Below are positions 20,217-28,872 of a DNA stretch of 64,000 bases, piece by piece. A program made the translations under genes and the position numbers. The notes below the pieces were generated by a model, which did no database searches, had not been told where the DNA came from, and worked only from the letters and a program-made list of their open reading frames with translations. This stretch comes from a bacterium (GTDB lineage: Bacteria; Electryoneota; Electryoneia; Electryoneales; Electryoneaceae), in the NCBI GenBank assembly GCA_963669175.1, contig OY769902.1:224001-288000 (forward strand), written 5' to 3'. Position 1 is the first letter of the stretch; each line of letters opens with the position of its first letter.

Positions 20217-22385
20217 ATGAATGCACGGGTTACTCTGTTACGTTTGATAATCCTCAACCTTTTGGGATTCTTCCTTTCATTTGCTCCTGTTTCAGCCCAG
20301 CAAATCGAATGGCAGTGGCGCAGTCCTTTCCCCGCCGGAAACAAACTGACTTGCATCTGGAATTTTGACGGTAACCATGTCATAGCAGCGGGTGAGTATG
20401 GCGTTTACCTGGAAACCTTCGATAGTGGCGAATCCTGGGATGTGGACTACCTGCCCTTTGCCCGGGAATGCAAATACCTTCACTTCTTTGGCGACCAACG
20501 GGGGATCATGCTCACCTGGTGCAGAGATAATCTGTTCAGGTTATACGCCACGGATGATTGCGGACAGACCTGGGAAGAAAGTTATACGTTTGACTTCTTC
20601 TATGTTGATGCCAGTTTTATATCGCCGGATACTGGTTGGGTAACTACTCGCATGTTTCAGACGCCTGGAACCTACTTTACGATGCGAACCTGTGACGGTG
20701 GCCGAAACTGGACTACCCTGCCCACAGATACTCTCGAATTCCAGAAACACCATTTTGTCAATGGAAGTGAAGGGTGGGCTGTGCTTGACAACCAAACGGT
20801 TGCCCAGACAGTCGATCGCGGTGACACCTGGACGATCATGGAATTGGATGGTTTCAGTTTCTTGAATACACCGGACCTCTATTTCAGCAGCATGGATTAC
20901 GGTATGGTGGTAGGATATTTCACCATTGCTGTTACTCAGGATAGAGGGGGGACTTGGGATGTTGCTTATGTCATGAATGATTTTACAAGACAAGGCATTG
21001 TTGATCAAGGTAACCTATTCATAGTAAGTGATTCTGGATATATCTACGCTTCCCGAGATAGCGGCTCAACCTGGACAAACGATCATTATCCCATTCCCAC
21101 TCTATTTCCTACGCAACTCAATCTTTATGATATCCACGGTAGCACTGATGTCGGATACTGGGCTTGTGGCAATTTTGGGCAGTTGTTAAAGCTTTCTGCT
21201 GGCGGTGAAGAATGGGAGCTGATCTGTGAATCTGAATACTTCAATTGTACTGGTGTTAGTTTCCCAAACGATTCTCTTGGATTCCTTGTCGGGAACTTTA
21301 GGTATAATGCGGTTTCTGAAGATGGCGGAATAACCTGGACCAGAGATTATTCAGTACAATATAGGGAACGTCAAACCCCATTGGATGTATTCTTTCTTAA
21401 CGACTCTCTCGGTTGGATCTGCGGGACAGGCCACTTATTAGTCCGTACACACGATGGAGGTGTTACGTGGGAACACATTGAAATTGACGAGTCAACACTA
21501 GCGACAATACACTTCATTGATGAACAACATGGCTTTTTATCAAGTTATTATGGCGCACTTTACGAAAGCCATAATTCAGGCTATTCCTGGGATTTAGTAC
21601 ATGGTGAGTTTTGTGATTATGTTTCCGATCTCTCTTTTTTTGACAATTTGGGATTTCTTCCTGGATCCTCCAATTCTTTAGTAACGCATGATCTTGGCGC
21701 TTCATGGCATATTGTTAACGAAGGATTCCTAAAGATTATTTCTATAGGTGATATTTGTTATGGATTACGTAGAGTAGAGGTAGGGCCTTATACAGATGAA
21801 TCCTATCTTCACGTTTCTTATGACCAAGGTTTGACCTGGGAATACCGTTCCTACATCTGCGAATCCTACCCGCATGATATGTATTTCTTTTCCGAAACAT
21901 ATGGACTTGTTGTTGGCGGGGATGGCTCATGTTACCTAACCCATGATGGTGGAGAAAGCTGGGAGTGGTTGGATTTAAGGACAGATGTAGACTTCATGAG
22001 AATTTCAGTACACGATGATGGCAGAGTAATGCTGTATGGCGCAGAAAGTGCCATCATTGAACTTATCAACATGCTTGATATTGAAGAACAGCAAACATCT
22101 GAAACGTGCGATAGTGATGTTTTGGAAGTATCGTTGTTTCCCAACCCGACCAACGGTTCTCTGACAATTGATTTGCAGAATATAGGATCAGAATCCTGTT
22201 TCTTATCCATCTACAATTTATTGGGGCAACAGGTTTATAACAGACATTTTCAACCCTCTTCTGGTGGGTTCAGAAGGTGGTCATTAAATCTTGATCATGA
22301 GCTTTCCTGTTCTGGATACTACTTTGTTGCAGTGGAAGATGCATCCGGTGCGAGAAGTGTGTCCAAGGTTTTGTACTTGAAATGA
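20217..22385 (+). CDS. T9SS-sorted YCF48/BNR-repeat beta-propeller protein
   Basis: Signal peptide ending VSA-Q; many TxDGGxTW repeats and FxNDSLGW motifs; C-terminal LFPNPTNG...IYNLLGQQV...KVLYLK. Confidence 0.85.
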   Translation: MNARVTLLRLIILNLLGFFLSFAPVSAQQIEWQWRSPFPAGNKLTCIWNFDGNHVIAAGEYGVYLETFDSGESWDVDYLPFARECKYLHFFGDQRGIMLTWCRDNLFRLYATDDCGQTWEESYTFDFFYVDASFISPDTGWVTTRMFQTPGTYFTMRTCDGGRNWTTLPTDTLEFQKHHFVNGSEGWAVLDNQTVAQTVDRGDTWTIMELDGFSFLNTPDLYFSSMDYGMVVGYFTIAVTQDRGGTWDVAYVMNDFTRQGIVDQGNLFIVSDSGYIYASRDSGSTWTNDHYPIPTLFPTQLNLYDIHGSTDVGYWACGNFGQLLKLSAGGEEWELICESEYFNCTGVSFPNDSLGFLVGNFRYNAVSEDGGITWTRDYSVQYRERQTPLDVFFLNDSLGWICGTGHLLVRTHDGGVTWEHIEIDESTLATIHFIDEQHGFLSSYYGALYESHNSGYSWDLVHGEFCDYVSDLSFFDNLGFLPGSSNSLVTHDLGASWHIVNEGFLKIISIGDICYGLRRVEVGPYTDESYLHVSYDQGLTWEYRSYICESYPHDMYFFSETYGLVVGGDGSCYLTHDGGESWEWLDLRTDVDFMRISVHDDGRVMLYGAESAIIELINMLDIEEQQTSETCDSDVLEVSLFPNPTNGSLTIDLQNIGSESCFLSIYNLLGQQVYNRHFQPSSGGFRRWSLNLDHELSCSGYYFVAVEDASGARSVSKVLYLK

Positions 22386-22448
22386 GGGTTTTAACCCGAC
22401 AGCAAGCAGTCGGGCCAAGCAGGAAAGCGCGGTGCGATCTCACAGGCA

Positions 22449-22735
22449 CAAGGGGACAGTCACCTTTTCGAAACATTTGTCACGAAGTACCTGACCTCCG
22501 CGCGACGAAAAGGAAACAGTCACCTTTTGCTGCTGGATTCCTTTTGGCCCCGTCCGGCTTGTCCCCTTTTGGCCCCGTCCGGCTTGAAACAGTCCGAAGC
22601 GAAGCGAAGGCTGTTGTCCGGCGGGGTTTATTTTAATTCATTTCAAGAAGTTAGTCCTTCAGTTGTTGTCCATACAAAAGGGGGAGGTGGAATCCTTTTC
22701 CGCGCGCCATATCATAAACACTCTCGATACACTGT
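22449..22735 (+). repeat. Partial copy of the mosaic unit R4 followed by a decayed R1 fragment
   Basis: aggggacagtcaccttttcg...aaaaggaaacagtcaccttttgctgc...ggccccgtccggcttgaa...gcgaagcgaaggc...caagaagttagtcc matches 59000-59214; 22680-22735 resembles the R1 interior. Confidence 0.7.
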
Positions 22736-22740
22736 TGGAA

Positions 22741-22947
22741 TTAGCCTGCTTCAGCAGGCTCTTTTTAGCACCCGGCTTTAGCCGGGGTGGAAAGATCCGG
22801 TCGAGCAGTCAGAGCGCGCTTTAGCGTGCTTGCCAGTAACAAATTCTGATTCCGGAAAGCACCCTGAAAGGCACTCGCCTTTTCTTTTACATCACGAACA
22901 CCCCGGCTGAAGCCGGGTGCTAAGAAGAGCAGGCTAAAGCCTGCTAA
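22741..22947. repeat. Six-hairpin palindromic element R2 (REPIN/PATE-like), copy 1
   Basis: gcctgcttcagcaggc / cccggctttagccggg / agcgcgctttagcgtgct / aaagcaccctgaaaggcactc / cccggctgaagccggg / agcaggctaaagcctgct. Confidence 0.8.
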
Positions 22948-22973
22948 TACAAAATGTTGCTAATAACTCTCCA

Positions 22974-25900
22974 CTAATCCCTCGACTTCACCTCAACCGT
23001 AACTGAGGTCCACACCACCCCCGCCTCGGTGCCGGTGCCATCATCCACCTTGAGCTGAACCGTGTACGTTCCCGGTGTATCATAGGTATGCAGCACTTTC
23101 GGCCCGGTCGCGGTGATCTCGTCCCCGAAATCCCAGTAGAAGGTCAGGGGATCGCCATCAGGATCGGAGGAACCGGTCGCGTCAAACAGAACCGCGTCGT
23201 GCGCGCCACCGGCAAAAGCTTCACGATCCCCGCCTGCATTCGCGATGGGCGGCGTATTCACACGAACTTTGATCGATTCGCTCTGAATCCCGCAGGGTGT
23301 CCCGGAATCATCATGAACGGTTAACGTGACATCATAGGTGCCCGGCGTACTCCAGGCATGGACCGTTTCCGCATCCGGCGAACTCATGCCGTCACCGAAG
23401 TTCCATTCATAACGTGCTATCCATCCGTCCGGATCTTCAGAACCGGTCGCATCGAAGCTGACATCCGTATTCGGTGAAACGATTCTGTCATGTCCCGGGT
23501 CGGGAATCGGGGGCGCGTTTACCTTGACTGTCATGGTTTCCTGGGCACGGCTGTTGCCGACTCCCATTCCGTCATCCACGGTCAGCGTCACTTCGTAACG
23601 GCCCGGCGTTGCGAACGTGTGCGTGATCTCCTTACCGCTGGCTGTCCCGCCATCGCCGAATATCCAGGAATAGTTGATGTTCGATTCATCCTTCTTGGAA
23701 GCCGAACCTCGCAAACTCATTTCCACACCCGCGCAGACCACGGAATCCGCATAGATCACCGGAACCGGCGCATCGTTCACTGTCACTGTCAGGGTATCGT
23801 AAGCGAAGTTGTTGGCAAGTTGAGTATTATCCAACACATGCAGGACAACCTCATAGATTCCAGACGCTTCATATTGGTGACGCGGCTGAACCCCGACACC
23901 ACGGCTACCGTCGCCGAAATCCCAGTCATACATGGTAATCGCGCCATCCGGATCGGAAGATCCCAGCCCGTTCAACGAAACCACCTGGTTCACCCCGGCC
24001 AGCACGTCCTCACCCGCTTTGGCAACCGGGGCGGCGTTGATGATGACCAGGTTCTGAGCGCTGGTACGGTTACAATCAGTATCGGTGTCGGAACGCACCG
24101 TCAGCGTGACCATGTACTTGCCCGGCTTTTCGTAGGTGTGATTGACGATCTCACCCTGCCCGGCCTGTCCGTCCCCGAAGTTCCACGCGAATTCGCTGAT
24201 CGCCGCGCCGCCGCCTTCGGAAGCGCCTGCGTTGAACGTAATCGGCTCACCCAACCCGGCATGGGTCACACAGGTGAAGGTAGCCAATGGCGCTTCGTAT
24301 ACGGTAACCGTCATATCATCAGCGCCTGTGTTATCGCAGTCACCGATACGGTCGCCGGTAATCATCAGCGTTACACGGTACGAACCCGGCATCGTATAAA
24401 CGTGCGTCGGAGTCGGTCCGCCGCCGACACCACCATCACCGAAGTCCCACTGATAGCTGTTCACCAGTCCGTCCACGTCGGTGGATTTGGACCCGTCAAA
24501 GACAACGGTCGTATTTGCGCACACGGTCTGGTCCTCACCAGCATCCGCGACAGGGGATTCCGCTACACGCACTACGATCTGGTCCGTGCTGGTGGTGCCT
24601 TCGTTCAAGCCGGAATCGTCTTCCACGCGAAGCGTTACCAGGTAAACACCGCCGGTATCGTATATCTTGGTCGGGTTCACGCCCATCATGTCGGAACCAT
24701 CGCCGAAATCCCAATAGTACTTCAGCAGGCCGCCTTCGGGATCGATGGATGCGCTGCCGTCAAAGATGACCACTTCCCCGGCGCATACGGTCATGTCTTC
24801 CCCGGCATCTGCCACTGGAGCTTCGTTGATCTGGACCGTAATTGCTGCCGTCGCGGTAGCATTGTCCAATCCGCTGCCGTCATCCACAGTCAGGATCACC
24901 GGGTAACTGCCGCCCTGCTTGTAGGTATACTGAACGGTCTTGCCCTTGAGCGGCTTGCTGCCGTCGCCCGGGTCCCAGGTGAAGAAGAGACGGTCGCCAT
25001 CGGCATCGCTGGATGCACTGCCGTCGAGGGTGATGGTGCGGCCGGCTACATGCTGGTTCTTGCCTGCGTCTGCGACAGGCTGATGGTTGACCTTGATCAG
25101 CACACGTTCCTGCGCGGTAGAGTTTTCCACCATCGCATCATCGGTTACGGTCAAGGTGGCGACATACACACCCGCTTCATCAAAAATTCGGGTTGCTTTT
25201 TTGTCGTGAATGGTTTCGTATCCGTCGCTGAAATCCCAGGCAAAGGCTACGATTTTGCCGTCGGGATCGTAAGAACGCTTTCCGTTCAGCTTCACCTTGT
25301 CGCCCGGCGCGACTCGCACCTCATGGCCCGCAACCGCAACCGGCGCTTCGTTGATCGTAATCTGCGCCTGGTCATAACTCAATGCGGAAGCATGCCCGGT
25401 ATTGTCGTAAACTGTCAGCAGTGTATTATACACGCCCGGTTTTTCGAAAGCATGCAGAACAGTCATGCCGTTGTCCGATTTACCGTCACCGAATTCCCAG
25501 ATATACTGGTTCACGGTACCGTCCGGGTCGAACGAGCCGCTTCCGTCAAAGGTGAGCGCAACACCTGGCGCGCCAACCATATCCGGCCCGGCATCGGCAA
25601 TCGGCAGGTGGTTTACGATCACCTGCATCTCGTCAGAAACGCTCTGTGTAGAGGTCTTGGAATCGTCGGTTACGGTCAGGACAACAGTGTACGTCCCGGG
25701 ATTGGCGAACACATGCACCGGCGTAGGACCGTCGCCTTCGTAGCCATCCCCGAAATCCCAGTGATACTCGGTGATGATGCCGTCTTCATCGCTGGAACCG
25801 GACCCGTCAAACTGAACGTCACTGCTGGTCACCCACTGGTCTTCCCCGGCATTGGGCACCGGCGGGTAGTTGATGATCACATAGGCGGAATCGATGTTCG

Positions 25901-27851
25901 TGTCTGTCGTGGAACGGGAATCGTCCTGAACTTCCAGGATCACCCAATATGTCCCGGAGCTGACATAGCTGTGGCGAACAACCTCACCGTTTTCCTTCGC
26001 CGTGCCATCACCGAAATCCCAGGTATAACGAATCAGGGTATTGTCGTTATCGTAAGAATCTGTACCGTCAAACGTGATGACTTCCGCAGTTGCAACCCTG
26101 TGATCCGGTCCGGCTTCCGCGACTGGAGGATCGTTGACATAGACATTCAACCGGTCATTCGCACCGCTGTTACGTGCTCCGGAATTATCCGCAATATCGA
26201 GGATCACGGTATACGTGCCCGGGGCTGTGTACGAGTGGGTGACTGTCATTCCCTGCAAGGTTGTTCCATCACCCATATCCCAGGTAAACGCTGTAATGCC
26301 GCCGTCACTGTCACGGCTGTTCTCGCCGCTGATAGCGACTTCTTCCCCTACCGATGCGATGATATCATTCCCGATCTCAACCACCGGGGCAGCGTTGACC
26401 CATACTTCCAAATCATCGGTATCGAAGCTGCACGGGGTGCCTGAATTGTCCTCGACACGCAGGGTAACCGTGTAGAAATCCGGTTTGTCATACCGATGAT
26501 TCACCACCGGCCCCTGTGCCTTGAGACCATCGCCGAAATCCCAGAAGAAGCTGGTTACTTCGCCATCAGAATCGAATGAACCCGAACCGTCGAAGGTGAG
26601 CATTTCACCCGGCGTACAAGTGATATCCGGCCCCGCTTCCGCTTGAGGCGGACTGTTTACCAGCACGGTCATGGTCTTGAGAATACCGTTGCAGACCCGT
26701 CCCGAGGCTTCCTCGATAATGCAGGTGATCTCGTAGTTACCCGGCTCGGCATAGGTATGAGCGGTACGGCTTCCGGTTCCGGTCTGATCATCACCGAAAT
26801 ACCAGGTAAAGGTCAGCGCATCGCCATCGGGATCAGTGGTCCGGGAAGCGTCGAACAGCACGGTCTTGCAATCCGCCAGGAGTTCTGTTCCGAGTACGGG
26901 TGTCGGCGGTGTATTGGGACGTTGAATGTAAATCGGCAGATCGATTGCCAGCAGATTGCCCTTGTCATCGGAAACGTAAAAACCGCCGTCATTCGGCATT
27001 TCCTTGCCGCCCTCAAAACGCAAGGCACACAAGCGACCCACTTCAATCGGATCAAGACGGACCGAACTGGTCGCCCATTCGTTCTGACCGCCCGTTGAAA
27101 CGGGCAGATTGGAACGAAATGCGGTTTCCACACCGATGGTCGCGCCGGTTACATCGAAACCATGAACAGCTATCTCACGAATATTCTCCGGTACAAAGAA
27201 TCGCATTTCCGCGAACACACCGGGATTGGGCAAACGTATAGTCGGGGCATAGGTAAAGAGCTGTGCGCCAGCCGGGGGAAGGTTACGCTGGGCTACACGG
27301 CTGGGTTCCACGAGAAAAATATTGCCATCATCACCGGGGCCGCCTTCGACCACCAGCTTGAAATAATAGTTACTGTCAACCGGTTCACCCTGCGACGGGG
27401 CTACATGCGCAAGGTTAAACCACTGGTTGTCTTTGAAGGCATCTTCACCGACTGTCAGTTCTGCGAGAAGCTCGCCAGTGCCTCGCGCTCCAGCGCCCGG
27501 TGAAGGGCTGCGAAGACCGGAATTGGTAAACGCTCCGACGCCGCCATACAGCTTGAAGGATGTGGTGGTGTTGAAAACGCCACGGTAGCGGGCGTCATGC
27601 TGGCCGCCGCAGTCCGCGTCAAAGATGCGCACATACAACGAATCGCCCAATGTTGCCGGCACCTTCAGGAATATCACCTGCACAAAATCGTCGTCACCTT
27701 CATCCGTGTTGGAATCAGTGCCGTACGTGATCATGTAGGTACTTTGCTGGGCGAACACCAGAACCGGAAACAACAACAGGCCAACAAACAGGGTTCTCCC
27801 GTTCAGCCCGCGCAATATCGATGAAAACCAACTACGTTTCGAGGAACTCAC
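22974..27851 (-). CDS. Large exported protein with 15 tandem PKD domains
   Basis: Signal peptide ending VFA-Q; ~280-aa unique N-terminal region; 15 counted units of FDxSxSxDxDG...WDFGDG...Y...GxYxVxLxV; no T9SS sorting domain. Confidence 0.9.
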   Translation of the reverse strand: MSSSKRSWFSSILRGLNGRTLFVGLLLFPVLVFAQQSTYMITYGTDSNTDEGDDDFVQVIFLKVPATLGDSLYVRIFDADCGGQHDARYRGVFNTTTSFKLYGGVGAFTNSGLRSPSPGAGARGTGELLAELTVGEDAFKDNQWFNLAHVAPSQGEPVDSNYYFKLVVEGGPGDDGNIFLVEPSRVAQRNLPPAGAQLFTYAPTIRLPNPGVFAEMRFFVPENIREIAVHGFDVTGATIGVETAFRSNLPVSTGGQNEWATSSVRLDPIEVGRLCALRFEGGKEMPNDGGFYVSDDKGNLLAIDLPIYIQRPNTPPTPVLGTELLADCKTVLFDASRTTDPDGDALTFTWYFGDDQTGTGSRTAHTYAEPGNYEITCIIEEASGRVCNGILKTMTVLVNSPPQAEAGPDITCTPGEMLTFDGSGSFDSDGEVTSFFWDFGDGLKAQGPVVNHRYDKPDFYTVTLRVEDNSGTPCSFDTDDLEVWVNAAPVVEIGNDIIASVGEEVAISGENSRDSDGGITAFTWDMGDGTTLQGMTVTHSYTAPGTYTVILDIADNSGARNSGANDRLNVYVNDPPVAEAGPDHRVATAEVITFDGTDSYDNDNTLIRYTWDFGDGTAKENGEVVRHSYVSSGTYWVILEVQDDSRSTTDTNIDSAYVIINYPPVPNAGEDQWVTSSDVQFDGSGSSDEDGIITEYHWDFGDGYEGDGPTPVHVFANPGTYTVVLTVTDDSKTSTQSVSDEMQVIVNHLPIADAGPDMVGAPGVALTFDGSGSFDPDGTVNQYIWEFGDGKSDNGMTVLHAFEKPGVYNTLLTVYDNTGHASALSYDQAQITINEAPVAVAGHEVRVAPGDKVKLNGKRSYDPDGKIVAFAWDFSDGYETIHDKKATRIFDEAGVYVATLTVTDDAMVENSTAQERVLIKVNHQPVADAGKNQHVAGRTITLDGSASSDADGDRLFFTWDPGDGSKPLKGKTVQYTYKQGGSYPVILTVDDGSGLDNATATAAITVQINEAPVADAGEDMTVCAGEVVIFDGSASIDPEGGLLKYYWDFGDGSDMMGVNPTKIYDTGGVYLVTLRVEDDSGLNEGTTSTDQIVVRVAESPVADAGEDQTVCANTTVVFDGSKSTDVDGLVNSYQWDFGDGGVGGGPTPTHVYTMPGSYRVTLMITGDRIGDCDNTGADDMTVTVYEAPLATFTCVTHAGLGEPITFNAGASEGGGAAISEFAWNFGDGQAGQGEIVNHTYEKPGKYMVTLTVRSDTDTDCNRTSAQNLVIINAAPVAKAGEDVLAGVNQVVSLNGLGSSDPDGAITMYDWDFGDGSRGVGVQPRHQYEASGIYEVVLHVLDNTQLANNFAYDTLTVTVNDAPVPVIYADSVVCAGVEMSLRGSASKKDESNINYSWIFGDGGTASGKEITHTFATPGRYEVTLTVDDGMGVGNSRAQETMTVKVNAPPIPDPGHDRIVSPNTDVSFDATGSEDPDGWIARYEWNFGDGMSSPDAETVHAWSTPGTYDVTLTVHDDSGTPCGIQSESIKVRVNTPPIANAGGDREAFAGGAHDAVLFDATGSSDPDGDPLTFYWDFGDEITATGPKVLHTYDTPGTYTVQLKVDDGTGTEAGVVWTSVTVEVKSRD

Positions 27852-28293
27852 TGACTCACCCTCCCTGACCCTCTACCCCGTTGGATGTCATACTGAGAAG
27901 CGATAGTACTGTGAAATTGTGAGCAACTCAGGTGCCAGAAAAACAACAAGTAGGCTTCCAGAGCCACAACAGGGTAACAGAAACAAACACTTAGCCTCAA
28001 ACTACTAATAAAACTCGACTTAGCCTATCATTATCGGCTTGATCGCACATCTTCGCAACCCTATGAGAATTCTCCACTTCCAGCAACTATATAGAAAAAG
28101 AACCCCGCCCCGGAAAAAATGCTCAGGGGCTATAGATACATTCTCTATTGGCCTGAACTTCATGTCACACGAATCAAATAGCAAATGCGCAAGATTTGAT
28201 GGAACTCTGAATGTGTCAATTAACAGCTATGTAAGATTTGGCGGAATATAAAAAGGACACCCACTGAACTGATCCCACAAGAAAAGTGAACTA

Positions 28294-28440
28294 TAGTATG
28301 TTTAAAAAAATGTCCCATCATGTCATCCCCGGCTTGAACCGTAGCGAATCGAAGCTTGCGGTGTGCGAAGCACAGCCGTGAACAGAACGGTGATCTCGCA
28401 GTTATTCTATTCCATGGGACATTAGTTTTACAACCTACTG
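28294..28440. mobile_element. 147-bp TA-flanked MITE-like element
   Basis: TA|tagtatgtttaaaaaaatgtcccat ... atgggacattagttttacaacctactg|TA imperfect terminal inverted repeats; internal tgtcatccccggcttga REP-like motif. Confidence 0.6.
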
Positions 28441-28476
28441 TATTTCCATACGAAAAGTGTACAAAGATTCTGAATC

Positions 28477-28681
28477 TTAGCAGGCTTTAGCCTGCTCCTC
28501 TTAGCCCCCGGCTTCAGCCGGGGGAACAGATACGACAGGCATTCCGAGCGCCCTTAAGGGTGCTTTCCCAGGCAATGACGTCTATTACCTGAAAGCACGC
28601 TAAAGCGCGCTCATATATAAGGTTATCTTCACACACCCGGCTAAAGCCGGGTGCTAAGAGGAGCCTGCTGAAGCAGGCTAA
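28477..28681. repeat. Six-hairpin element R2, copy 2 (inverted relative to copy 1)
   Basis: Hairpins are the reverse complement of 22741-22947; the linkers differ. Confidence 0.8.
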
Positions 28682-28740
28682 TTGCTATTGAAACGGTAGA
28701 ACTTCCGCGAAACAATATTCTAGACAACACCTATACCGAT

Positions 28741-28788
28741 ATTTAGAAGACTGGGTATTCAATTATTTAAAAGACTGGGTATTCAATG
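28741..28788. repeat. 24-bp tandem duplication
   Basis: atttagaagactgggtattcaatt / atttaaaagactgggtattcaatg. Confidence 0.7.
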
Positions 28789-28872
28789 AGATATAAGCAT
28801 ATCCAAAATCCCGACCTACCATAATCCCTGTTTGCTGCACCCTTTTCAGTACACGTATTCCAAATTGGACCA

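Noticed and set aside
23490-26444. 984-aa ORF on the + strand
   Set aside because: Antisense shadow of the repetitive PKD gene; no recognisable motifs, and the minus-strand protein is clearly real
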